A stretch of 64,000 nt of DNA from the human T2T-CHM13v2.0 reference genome, Homo sapiens. The notes beneath the pieces are model-generated. The model was not told the origin of the DNA. It made no database searches and saw only the letters and a program-made list of their open reading frames with translations. The DNA lies in the NCBI RefSeq assembly GCF_009914755.1, contig NC_060937.1; one strand, given 5' to 3'. This document shows, piece by piece, positions 30,001 through 46,100 of the stretch (position 1 is the first letter of the stretch; the number at the start of each line of letters is the position of its first letter). Made by a program: the position numbers and the translations under genes.

Positions 30001-33000
30001 ATATCAAAGTACACCAGATATATATTCTATAGTGTACATAAAATAACAAAGTACACAAACCATAAATTATATACTGTACATAAAATATGACATTACATCA
30101 AATATATATTAGGTACTTAAAATATGAAAGAACATCAAATATAGATTATATACTGTACATAAAATATCAATGTACCCCAAATATATATTTTATACTCTAC
30201 ATGAAATATCAAAGTTCACAAACTATATATTATATACTGTACATAAAATATCAAAGTACCCAAGGTATATATTCTATACTGTACAAAAAATATCAAAGTA
30301 CCCAAAGCATGTATTATATACTGTACATAAAATATGAAATTACATCAAATATATATTTTATTCTGTACATAAAATATCAAAGTACACCAGATATATATTC
30401 TATAGTGTACATAAAATATCAAAGTACCCAAACTATACATTATATACTGTACATAAAATATGAAATTCCATCAAATATATATTATATTAGGTACATAAAA
30501 TATGAAAGTACATCAAATATAGATTATATACTGTATATTAAATACCAAAGTACCCCAAATAGATATTTTATACTGTACATGAAATATCAAAGTTCACAAA
30601 CTATATATTATATACTGTACATTAAATATCAAAGTACCCAAGGTATATATTCTATACTATACAAAAAATATCAAAGTACCCAAAGCATGTATTATAAACT
30701 GTACATAAAATATGAAAGTACATCAAATATATATTTTATTCTGTACATAAAATATCAAAGTACACCAGATATATATTCTATAGTGTGCATAAAATATCAA
30801 AGTACCCAAACTATACATTATATACTGTACATAAAATATGAAATTACATCAAATATATATTATATTAGGTACATAAAATATGAAAGTACATCAAATATAG
30901 ATTATATACTGTACATAAAATATCAAAGTACCCCAAATATATATTATATACTCTACGTGAAATATCAAAGTTCACATACTATATATTATATACTGTACAT
31001 AAAATACCAAAGTACCCAAGCTATATATTCTATACTGCACAAAAAATATCAAAGTACCCAAAGCATGTATTATAAACTGTACATAAAATATGAAAGTACA
31101 TCAAATATATATTTTATTCTGTACATAAAATATCAAAGTACACCAGATATATATTCTATAGTGTACATAAAATATCAAAGTACACAAAACTATACATTAT
31201 GTACTGTACATAAAATATGAAATTACATCAATATATATTAGGTACATAAAACATGAAAGTACATCAAATATAGATTATATACTGTACATAAAATATCAAA
31301 GTACCCCAAATATATATTATATACTCTACATGAAATATCAAAGTTCACAAACTATATATTATATACCGTACATAAAATATCAAAGTACCCAAGGTATATA
31401 TTCTATACTGTACAAAAAATATCAAAGTACCTAAAGCATGTATTATATACTGTATATAAAATATGAAAGTACATCAAATATATATTTTATTCTGTACATA
31501 AAAATCAAAGTACACCAGATATATATTCTATAGTGTACATAAAATAACAAAGTACACAAACTATAAATTATATACTGTACATAAAATATGAAATTACATC
31601 AAATATATATTAGGTACATAAAATATGAAAGTACATCAAATATAGATTATATACTGTACATAAAATATCAATGTACCCCAAATATATACTTTATACTCTA
31701 CATGAAATATCAAAGTTCACAATCCATATATTATATACTGTACATAAAATATCAAAGTACCCAAGGTATATATTCTATACTATACAAAAAATATCAAAGT
31801 ACCCAAAGCATGTATTATATACTGTACATAAAATATGAAAGTACATCAAATATATATTTTATTCTGTACATATAATATCAAAGTACACCAGATATATATT
31901 CTATAGTGTACATAAAATATCAAAGTACCCAAAATATACATTATATACTGTACATAAAATATGAAATTACATCAAATATATATTATATTAGGTACATAAA
32001 ATATGAAAGTACATCAAATATAGATTATATACTGTACATAAAATATCAAAGTACCCCAATTATATATTATATACTCTACATGAAATATCAAAGTTCACAA
32101 ACTATATATTATATACTGTATATAAAATATCAAAGTACCCAAGGCATATATTCTATACTGTACAAAAAATATCAAAGTACCCAAAGCATGTATTATATAC
32201 TGTATATAAAATATGAATGTACATCAAATATATATTTTATTCTGTACATAACATATCAAAGTACACAAGATATATATTCTATAGTGTACACAAAATAACA
32301 AAGTACACAAACTATAAATTATATACTGTACATAAAATATGAAGTTGCATCAAATATATATTAGGTACATAAAATATGAAAGTACATCAAATATAGATTA
32401 TATACTGTACATAAAATATCAATGTACCCCAAATATATATTTTATACTCGACATGAAATATCAAAGTTCACAAACCATATATTATTTACTGTACATAAAA
32501 TATCAAAGTACCCAAGGTATATATTCTATACTGTACAAAAAATATCAAAGTACCCAAAGCATGTATTATATACTGTACATAAAATATGAAACTACATCAA
32601 ATATATTTTTTATTCTGTATATAAAATATCAAAGTACACCAGATATATATTCTATAGTGTACATAAAATATCAAATTACCCAAACTATACATTATATACT
32701 GCACATAAAATATGAAATTACATCAAATATATATTATATTAGGTACATAAAATATGAAAGTACATCAAATATAGATTATATACTGTACATAAAATATCAA
32801 AGTACCCCAAATATATATTATATACTGTACATGAAATATCAAAGTTCACAAACTATATATTATATACTGTACATAAAATATCAAAGTACCCAAGGTATAT
32901 ATTCTATACTGTACAAAAAATATCAAAGTACCCAAAGCATGTATTATATACTGTACATAAAATATGAAAGTACATCAAATATATATTTTATTCTGTACAT

Positions 33001-33699
33001 AAAATATCAAAGTACACCAGATATATATTCTATAGTGTACATAAAATAACAAAGTACACAAACCATAAATTATATACTGTACATAAAATATGACATTACA
33101 TCAAATATATATTAGGTACTTAAAATATGAAAGAACATCAAATATAGATTATATACTGTACATAAAATATCAATGTACCCCAAATATATATTTTATACTC
33201 TACATGAAATATCAAAGTTCACAAACTATATATTATATACTGTACATAAAATATCAAAGTACCCAAGGTATATATTCTATACTGTACAAAAAATATCAAA
33301 GTACCCAAAGCATGTATTATATACTGTACATAAAATATGAAATTACATCAAATATATATTTTATTCTGTACATAAAATATCAAAGTACACCAGATATATA
33401 TTCTATAGTGTACATAAAATATCAAAGTACCCAAACTATACATTATATACTGTACATAAAATATGAAATTCCATCAAATATATATTATATTAGGTACATA
33501 AAATATGAAAGTACATCAAATATAGATTATATACTGTATATTAAATACCAAAGTACCCCAAATAGATATTTTATACTGTACATGAAATATCAAAGTTCAC
33601 AAACTATATATTATATACTGTACATTAAATATCAAAGTACCCAAGGTATATATTCTATACTATACAAAAAATATCAAAGTACCCAAAGCATGTATTATA
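24654..33699 (+). repeat. Three tandem copies of the same 3003-bp unit
   Basis: ORF starts 25582/28585/31588, 26333/29336/32339 and 27084/30087/33090 are all offset by 3003, with the same private markers. Confidence 0.93.
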
Positions 33700-36600
33700 T
33701 ACTGTACATAAAATATGAAAGTACATCAAATATATATTTTATTCCGTACATAAAATATCAAAGTACACCAGATATATATTCTATAGCGTACATAAAATAT
33801 CAAACTACCCAAACTATACATTATATACTGTACATAAAATATGAAATTACATCAAATATATATTATATTAGGTACATAAAATATGAAAGTTCATCAAATA
33901 TAGAGTATATACTGTACATTAAATATCAAAGTACCCCAAATATATATTATATACTCTACATGAAATATCAAAGTTCACAAACTATATATTATATACTCTA
34001 CATGTAATATCAAAGTACCCAAGGTATATATTCTATACTATACAAAAAATATCAAAGTACCCAAAGCATGTATTATATACTGTACATAAAATATGAAAGT
34101 ACATCAAATATATATTTTATTCTGTACATAAAATATCAAAGTACACCAGATATATATTCTATAATGTACATAAAATATCAAAGTACCCAAACTATACATT
34201 ATATACTGTACATAAAATATGAAATTACATCAAATATATATTAGGTACATAAAATATGAAAGCACATCAAATATAGATTATATACTGTACATTAAATACC
34301 AAAGTACCCCAAATATATATTTTATACTGTACATCAAATATCAAAGTTCACAAACTATATATTATATACTGTATATAAAATATCAAAGTACCCAAGGTAT
34401 ATATTCTATACTGTACAAAAAATATCAAAGTACCCAAAGCATGTATTATATACTGTACATAAAATATGAAAGTACATCAAATATATATTTTATTCTGTAC
34501 ATAAAATATCAAAGTACACCAGATATATATTCCATAGTGTACATAAAATATCAAAGTACCCAAACTATACATTATATACTGTACATAAAATATGAGATTA
34601 CATCAAATATATATTATATTAGCTACATAAAATATGAAAGTACGTCAGATATAGATTATATACTGTACACAAAATATCAAAGTACCCCAAATATATATTA
34701 TATACTCTACATGAAATATCAAAGTTCACAAACTATATATTATATACTGTACATAAAATATCAAAGTACCCAAGGTATATATTCTATACTGTACAAAAAA
34801 TATCAAAGTACCCAAAGCATGTATTATATACTGTATACAAAATATGAAAATACATTAAATATATATTTTATTCTGTACATAAAATATCAAAGTACACCAG
34901 ATATGTATTCTATAGTGTACATAAAATAACAAAGTACCCAAACTATACATTATATACTGTACATAAAATATGAAATTACATCAAATATATATTAGGTACA
35001 TAAAATATGAAAGTACATCAAATATAGATTATATACTGTACATAAAATATCAAAGTACCCCAAATATATATTATATACTCTACATGAAATATCAAAGTTC
35101 ACAAACTATATAGTATATACTGTACATAAAATATCAAAGTACCCAAGGTATATATTCTATACTGTACAAAAAATATCAAAGTACCCAAAGCATGTATTAT
35201 ATACTGTACATAAAATATGAAAGTACATCAAATATATATTATATTCTGTACATAAAATATCAAAGTACACCAGATATATATTCTATAGTGTACATAAAAT
35301 AACAAAGTACACAAACTATAAATTATATACTGTACATAAAATATGAAATTACATCAAATATATATTAGGTACATAAAATATGAAAGTACATCAAATATAG
35401 ATTATATACTGTACATAAAATATCAATGTACCCCAAATATATATTTTATACTCTACATGAAATATCAAAGTTCACAAACCATATATTATATACTGTACAT
35501 AAAATATCAAAGTACCCAAAGTATATATTCTATACTATACAAAAAATATCAAAGTACCCAAAGCATGTATTATATACTGTACATAAAATATGAAAGTACA
35601 TCAAATATATATTTTATTCTGTACATAAAATATCAAAGTACACCAGATATATATTCTATAGTGTACATAAAATATCTAATACCCAAACTATACATTATAT
35701 ACTGTACATAAAATATGAGATTACATCAAATATATATTATATTAGGTACATAAAATATGAAAGTACATCTGATATAGATTATATACTGTACATAAAATAT
35801 CAAAGTACCCCAAATATATATTATATACTCTACATGAAATATCAAAGTTCACAAACTATATATTATATACTGTACATAAAATATCAAAGTACCCAAGGTA
35901 TATATTCTATACTGTACAAAAAATATCAAAGTACCCAAAGCATGTATTATATACTGTATATAAAATATGAAAATACATTAAACATATATTTTATTCTGTA
36001 TATGAAATATCAAAGTACACCAGATATATATTCTATAGTGTACATAAAATAACAAAGTACACAAATTATAAATTATATACTGTACGTAAAATATGAAATT
36101 ACATCAAATATATATTAGGTACATAAAATATGAAAGTACATCAAATATAGATTATATACTGTACATATAATATCAATGAACCCCAAATATATATTTTATA
36201 CTCTACATGAAATATCAAAGTTCACAAACCATACATTATATACTGTAGATAAAATATCAAAGTACCCAAGGTATATATTCTATACTGTACCAAAAATATC
36301 AAAGTACCCAAAGCATGTATTATATACTGTACATAAAATATGAAAGTACATCAAATATATATTTTATTCTGTACATAAAATATCAAAGTACACCAGATAT
36401 ATATTCTATAGTGTACATAAAATATCAAAGTACCCAAACTATACATTATATACTGTACATAAAATATGAAATTACATCAAATATATATTAGGTACATAAA
36501 ATATGAAAGTACATCAAATATAGATTATATACTGTACATAAAATATCAAAGTACCCCAAATATATATTATATACTGTACATGAAATATCAAAGTTCAGAA

Positions 36601-37177
36601 ACTATATATTATATACTGTACATAAAATATCAAAGTACCCAAGGTATATATTCTATACTGTACAAAAAATATCAAAGTACCCAAAGCATGTATTATATAC
36701 TGTACATAAAATATGAAAGTACATCAAATATATATTTTATTCTGTACATAAAATATCAAAGTACACCAGATATATATTCTATAGTGTATATAAAATAACA
36801 AAGTACATAAACTATAAAATATACTGTACATAAAATATGAAATTACATCAAATATATATTAGGTACATAAAATATGAAAGTATATCAAATATAGATTATA
36901 TACTGTACATATAATATCAATGTACCCCAAATATATATTTTATACTCTACATGAAATATCAAAGTTCACAAACCATACATTATATACTGTACATAAAATA
37001 TCAAAGTACCCAAGGTATATATTCTATACTGTACCAAAAATATCAAAGTACCCAAAACATGTATTATATACTGTACATAAAATATGAAAGTACATCAAAT
37101 ATATATTTTATTCTGTACATAAAATATCAAAGTACACCAGATATATATTCTATAGTGTACATAAAATATCAAAGTAC

Positions 37178-40100
37178 CCAAACTATACATTATATACTGT
37201 ACATATAATATGAAATTACATCAAATATATATTAGGTACATAAAATATGAAAGTACATCAAATATAGATTATATACTGTACATAAAATATCAAAGTACCC
37301 CAAATATATATTATATACTGTACATGAAATATCAAAGTTCAGAAACTATATATTATATACTGTACATAAAATATCAAAGTACCCAAGGTATATATTCTAT
37401 ACTGTACAAAAAATATCAAAGTACCCAAAGCATGTATTATATACTGTACATAAAATATGAAAGTACATCAAATATATATTTTATTCTGTACTTAAATATC
37501 AAAGTACACCAGATATATATTCTATAGTGTACATAAAATAAAAAAGTACACAAACTATAAATTATATACTGTACATAAAATATGAAATTTCATCAAATAT
37601 ATATTAGGTACATAAAATATGAAAGTATATCAAATATAGATTATATACTGTACATATAATATCAATGTACCCCAAATATATATTTTATACTCTACATGAA
37701 ATATCAAAGTTCACAAAACATATATTATATACTGTACATAAAATATCAAAGTACCCAAGGTATATATTCTATACTGTACAAAAAATATCAAAGTACCCAA
37801 AGCATGTATTATATACTGTACATAAAATATGAAAGTACATCAAATATATATTTTATTCTGTACATAAAATATCAAAGTACACCAGATATATATTCTATAG
37901 TGTACATAAAATATCAAAGTACCCAAACTATACATTATATACTATACATAAAATATGAAATTACATCAAATATATATTATATTTGGTACATAAAATATGA
38001 AAGCACATCAAATATAGATTATATACTGTACATTAAATACCAAAGTACCCCAAATATATATTTTATACTGTACATCAAATATCAAAGTTCACAAACTATA
38101 TATTATATACTGTACATAAAATATCAAAGTACCCAAGGTATATATTCTATACTGTACAAAAAATATCAAAGTACCCAAAGCATGTATTATATACTGTACA
38201 TAAAATATGAAAGTACATCAAATATATATTTTATTCTGTACATAAAACATCAAAGTACACCAGATATATATTCTATAGTGTACATAAAATATCAAAGTAC
38301 CCAAACTATACATTATATACTGTACATAAAATACGAAATTACATCAAATATATATTATATTAGGTACATAAAATATGAAAGTACATCAAATATAGATTAT
38401 ATACTGTACATAAATTATCAAAGTACCCCAAATATATATTATATACTCTACATGAAATATCAAAGTTCACAAACTATATATTATATACTGTACATAAAAT
38501 ATCAAAGTACCCAAGGTATATATTCTATACTGTACAAAAAATATCAAAGTATCCAAAGCATGTATTATATACTGTATATAAAATATGAAAGTAAATTAAA
38601 TATATATTTTATTCTGTACATAAAATATCAAAGTACACCAGATATATATTCTATAGTGTACATAAAATAACAAAGTACACAAAGTATAAATTATATACTG
38701 TACATAAAATATGAAATTACATCAAATATATATTAGGTACATAAAATATGAAAGTACATCAAATATAGATTATATACTGTACATATAATATCAATGTACC
38801 CCAAATATATATTTTATACTCTACATGAAATATCAAAGTTCAAAAACCATATATTATATACTGTACATAAAATATCAAAGTACCCAAGGTATATATTCTA
38901 TACTGTAGAAAAAATATCAAAGTACCCAAAGCATGTATTATATACTGTACATAAAATATGAAAATACATCAAATATATATTTTATTCTGTACATAATATA
39001 TCAAAGTACACCAGATATATATTCTATAGTGTACATAAAATATCAAAGTACCCAAAGTATACATTATATACTGTACATAAAATATGAGATTACATCAAAT
39101 ATATATTATATTAGGTACATAAAATATGAAAGTACATCAGATATAGATTATATAATGTACATTAAATACCAAAGTACCCCAAATATATATTTTATACTGT
39201 ACATGAAATATCAAAGTTCACAAACTATATATTATATACTGTACATAAAATATCAAAGTACCCAAGGTATATATTCTATACTGTACAAAAAATATCAAAG
39301 TACCCAAAGCATGCATTATATACTGTATATAAAATATGAAAATGCATTAAATATATATTTTATTCTGTACATAAAATATCAAAGTACACCAGATATATAT
39401 TCTATAGTGTACATAAAATAACAAAGTACACAAACTATAAATTATATACTGTACGTAAAATATGAAATTACATCAAATATATATTAGGTACATAAAATAT
39501 GAAAGTACATCAAATATAGATTATATACTGTACATATAATATCAATGTACCCCAAATATATATTTTATACTCTACATGAAATATCAAAGTTCACAAACCA
39601 TATATTATATACTGTACATAAAATATCAAAGTACCCAAGGTATATATTCTATACTGTACAAAAAATATAAAAGTACCCAAAGCATGTATTATATACTGTA
39701 CATAAAATATGAAAGTACATCAAATATATATTTTATTCTGTACATAAAATATCAAAGTACACCAGATATATATTCTATAGTGTACATAAAATATCAAATT
39801 ACCAAAACTATACATTATATACTGTACATAAAATATGAAATTACATCAAATATATATTATATTAGGTACATAAAATATGAAAGCACATCAAATATAGATT
39901 ATATACTGTACATTAAATACCAAAGTACCCCAAATATATATTATATACTCTACGTGAAATATCAAAGTTCACAAACTATATATTATATACTGTACATAAA
40001 ATATCAAAGTACGTAGAGTATATATTCTATACTGTACAAAAAATATCAAACTACCCAAAGCATGTATTATATACTGTACATAAAATATGAAAGTACATCA

Positions 40101-43100
40101 AAAATATATTTTATTCTGTACATAATATATCAAAGTACACCAGATATATATTCTATAGTGTACATAAAATATCAAAGTACCCAAACTATACATTATATAC
40201 TGTACATAAAATATGAGATTATATCAAATATATATTATATTAGGTGCATAAAATATGAAAGTACATCAGATATACATTATATACTGTACATAAAATATCA
40301 AAGTACCCCAAATATATATTATATACTCTACATGAAATATCAAAGTTCACAAACTATATAATATATACTGTACATAAAATATCAAAGTACCCAAGGTATA
40401 TATTTTTACTGTACAAAAAATATCAAAGTACCCAAAGCATGCATTATATACTGTATATAAAATATGAAAATACATTAAATATATATTTTATTCTGTACAT
40501 AAAATATCAAAGTACACCAGATATATATTCTATAGTGTACATAAAATAACAAAGTACACAAACTATAAATTATATACTGTACGTAAAATATGAAATTACA
40601 TCAAATATATATTAGGTACATAAAATATGAAAGTACATCAAATATAGATTATATACTGTACATATAATATCAATGTACCCCAAATATATATTTTATACTC
40701 TACATGAAATATCAAAGTTCACAAACCATATATTATATACTGTACATAAAATATCAAAGTACCCAAGGTATATATTCTATACTGTACAAAAAATATCAAA
40801 GAACCCAAAGCATGTATTATATACTGTACATAAAATATGAAAGTACATCAAATATACATTTTATTCTGTACATAAAATATCAAAGTACACCAGATATATA
40901 TTCTATAGTGTACATAAAATATCAAAGTACCCAAACTATACATTATATACTGTACATAAAATATGAAATTACATCAAATATATATTAGGTACATAAAATA
41001 TGAAAGTACTTCAAATATAGATTATATACTGTACATAAAATATCAATGTACCCCAAATATATATTTTATACTCTACATGAAATATCAAAGTTCACAAACC
41101 ATATATTATATACTGTACATAAAATATCAAAGTACCCAAGGTATATATTCTATACTGTACAAAAAATATCAAACTACCCAAAGCATGTATTATATACTGT
41201 ACATAAAATATGAAAGTACATCAAATATATATTTTATTCTGTACATAAAATATCAAAGTACACCAGATATATATTCTATAGTGTACATAAAATATCAAAG
41301 TACCCAAACTATACATTATATACTGTACATAAAATATGAGATTATATCAAATATATATTATATTAGGTACATAAAATATGAAAGTACACCAGATATAGAT
41401 TATATACTGTACATAAAATATCAAAGTACCCCAAATATATATTATATACTCTACATGAAATATGAAAGTTCACAAACTATATATTATATACTGTACATAA
41501 AATATCAAAGTACCCAAGGTATATATTCTATACTGTACAAAAAATATCAAAGTACCCAAAGCATGTATTATATACTGTATATAAAATATGAAAGTACATC
41601 AAATACATATTTTATTCTGTACATAAAATATCAAAGTACACCAGATATATATTCTATAGTGTACATAAAATAACAAAGTACACAAACTATACATTATATA
41701 CTGTACATAAAATATGAAATTACATCAAATATATATTAGGTACATAAAATATGAAAGTACATCAAATATACATTATATACTGTACATAAAATATCAATGT
41801 ACCCCAAATATATATTTTATACTCTACATGAAATATCAAAGTTCACAAACTATATATTATATACTGTACATAAAATATCAAAGTACCCAAGGTATATATT
41901 CTATACTGTACAAAAAATATCAAAGTACCCAAAGCATGTATTATATACTGTACATAAAATATGAAAGTACATCAAATATATATTTTATTCTGTACAACAA
42001 ATATCAAAGTACACCAGATATATATTCTATAGTGTACATAAAATAACAAAGTACACAAACTATAAATTGTATACTGTATGTAAAATATGAAATTACATCA
42101 AATATATATTAGGTACATAAAATATGAAAGTACATCAAATATAGATTATATACTGTACATATAATATCAATGTACCCCAAATATATATTTTATACTCTAC
42201 ATGAAATATCAAAGTTCACAAACCATACATTATATACTGTACATAAAATATCAAAGTACCCAAGGTATATATTCTATACTGTACAAAAAATATCAAAGTA
42301 CCCAAAGCATGTACTATATACTGTACATAAAATATGAAAGTACATCAAATATATATTTTATTCTGTACATAAAATATCAAAGTACACCAGATATATATTC
42401 TATAGTGTACATAAAATATCAAAGTACCCAAACTATACATTATATACTGTACATAAAATATGAAATTACATCAAATATATATTATATTAGGTACATAAAA
42501 TATGAAAGTACAACAAATATAGATTATATACTGTACATTAAATATCAAAGTACCCCAAATATATATTATATACTCAACATGAAATATCAAAGTTCACAAA
42601 CTATATATTATATACTGTATATAAAATATCAAAGTACCCAAGGCATATATTCTATACTGTACAAAAAATATCAAAGTACCCAAAGCTTGTATTATATACT
42701 GTATATAAAATATGAAAGTACATCAAATATATATTTCATTCTGTACATAAAATATCAAAGTACTCCAGATATATATTCTATAGTGTACATAAAATAACAA
42801 AGTACACAAACTATAAATTATATACTGTACATAAAATATGAAGTTGCATCAAATATATATTAGGTACATAAAATATGAAAGTACATCAAATATAGATTAT
42901 ATACTGTACATAAAATATCAATGTACCCCAAATATATATTTTATACTCGACATGAAATATCAAAGTTCACAAACCATATATTATTTACTGTACATAAAAT
43001 ATCAAAGTACCCAAGGTATATATTCTATACTGTACAAAAAATATCAAAGTACCCAAAGCATGTATTATATACTGTACATAAAATATGAAACTACATCAAA

Positions 43101-46100
43101 TATATTTTTTATTCTGTATATAAAATATCAAAGTACACCAGATATATATTCTATAGTGTACATAAAATATCAAAGTACCCAAACTATACATTATATACTG
43201 TACATAAAATATGAAATTACATCAAATATATATTATATTAGGTACATAAAATATGAAAGTACATCAAATATAGATTATATACTGTACATAAAATATCAAT
43301 GTACCCCAAATATATATTTTCTACTCTACATGAAATATCAAAGTTCACAAACTATATATTATATACTGTACATAAAATATCAAAGTACCCAAGGTATATA
43401 TTCTATACTGTACAAAAAATAAAAAGTACCCAAAGCATGTATTATATACTGTACATAAAATATGAAATTACATCAAATATATATTTTATTCTGTACATAA
43501 AATATCAAAGTACACCAGATATATATTCTATAGGGTACATAAAATATCAAAGTACCCAAACTATACATTATATACTGTACATAAAATATGAAATTACATC
43601 AAATATATATTATATTAGGTACATAAAATATGAAAGTACATCAAATATAGATTATATACTGTACATTAAATACCAAAGTACCCCAAATATATATTTTATA
43701 CTGTACATGAAATATCAAAGTTCAAACACTATATATTATATACTGTACATAAAATATGAAAGTACCCAAGGTATGTATTCTATACTGTACAAAAAATATC
43801 AAAGTACCCAAAGTATGTATTATAAACTGTACATAAAATATGAAAGTACATCAAATATATATTTTATTCTGTACATAAAATATCAAAGTACACCAGATAT
43901 ATATTCTATTGTGTACATAAAATATCAAAGTACCCAAACTATACATTATATACTGTACATAAAATATGAAATTACATCAAATATATATTATATTAGGTAC
44001 ATAAAATATGAAAGTTCAGCAAATATAGATTATATACTGTACATTAAATATCAAAGTACCCCAAATATATATTATATACTCTACATGAAATATCAAAGTT
44101 CACAAACTATATATTATATACTGTACATAAAATATCAAAGTACCCAAGGTATATATTCTATACTGTATAAAAAATATCAAAGTACCCAAAGCATGTATTA
44201 TATACTGTATATAAAATATGAAAGTACATCAAATATATATTTTATTCTGTACATATAATATCAAAGTACACCAGATATATATTCTATAGTGTACATAAAA
44301 TAGCAAAGTAAAAAACTATAAATTATATACTGTACATAAAATATGATATTACATCAAATATATATTAGGTACATAAAATATGAAAGTACATCAAATATAG
44401 ATTATATACTCTACATAAAATATCAATGTACCACAAACATATATTTTATACTCTACATGAAATATCAAAGTTCAGAAACCATATCTTATATACCATACAT
44501 AAAATATCAAAGTACCCAAGGTATATATTCTATACTGTACAAAAAATATCAAAGTACCCAAAGCATGTATTATATACTGTACATAAAATATGAAGGTACA
44601 TCAATTATAGATTATATACTGTAGATAAAATATCAAAGTACCCCAAATATATATTATATACTGTATATGAAATATCAAAGTTCACAAACTATATATTATA
44701 TACTGTACAAAAAATATCAAAGTACCCAAGGTATATATTCTATACTGTACAAAAAATATCAAAGTACCCAAAGCATGTATTATATACTGTACATAAAATA
44801 TGAAAGTACATCAAATATATATTTTATTCTGTACATAAAATATCAAAGTATACCAGATATATATTCTATAGTGTACATAAATATCAAAGTACCCAAACTA
44901 TACATTATATACTGTACATAAAATATGAAATTACATCAAATATATATTATATTAGGTACATAAAATATGAAAGTACATCAAATATAGATTATATACCGTA
45001 CATTAAAAACCAAAGTACCCCAAATATATATTTTATACTGTATATGAAATATCAAAGTTCACAAACTATATATTATATACTGTACATAAAATATCAAAGT
45101 ACCCAAGGTATATATTCTATACTGTACAAAAAATATCAAAGTACCCAAAGCATGTATTATATACTGTACATAAAATATGAAAGTACATCAAATATATATT
45201 TTATTCTGTACATAAAATATCAAAGTACACCAGATATATATTCTATAGTGTACATAAAATATCAAAATACAAACTATACATTATATACTGTAAATAAAAT
45301 ATGAAATTACATCAAATATATTTTATATTAGGTACATAAAATATGAAAGTACATCAAATATAGATTATATACTGTACATTAAATACCAAAGTACCCCAAA
45401 TATATATTTTATACTGTACATCAAATATCAAAGTTCACAAACTATATATTATATTCTGTACATAAAATATCAAAGTACCCAAGGTATATATTCTATACTG
45501 TACAAAAAATATCAAAGTACCCAAAGCATGTATTATATACTGTACATAAAATATGAAAGTACATCAAGTATATATTTTATTCTGTACATAAAACATCAAA
45601 GTACACCAGATATATATTCTATAGTGTACATAAAATATCAAAGTACCCAAACTATACATTATATACTGTACATAAAATATGAAATTACATCAAATATATA
45701 TTATATTAGGTACATAAAATATGAAAGTACATCAAATATAGATTATATACTGTACATAAAATATCAAAGTACCCCAAATATATATTATATACTCTACATG
45801 TAATATCAAAGTTCACAAACTATATATTATATACTGTACATAAAATATCAAAGTACCCAAGGTATATATTCTATACTGTACAAAAAATATCAAAGTATCC
45901 AAAGCATGTATTATATACTGTATATAAAATATGAAAGTACATTATATATATATTTTATTCTGTACATAAAACATCAAAGTACACCAGATATATATTCTAT
46001 AGTGTACATAAAATAACAAAGTACACAAACTATAAATTATATACTGTACATAAAATATGAAATTAAATCAAATATATATTAGGTACATAAAATATGAAAG

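Noticed and set aside
5470-33699. Near-identical multi-kb copies as pure assembly artefact
   Set aside because: Not favoured, because copies carry private SNPs and consistent hybrid junctions. Exact copy number of the most identical 3003-bp units still needs ultra-long-read confirmation.
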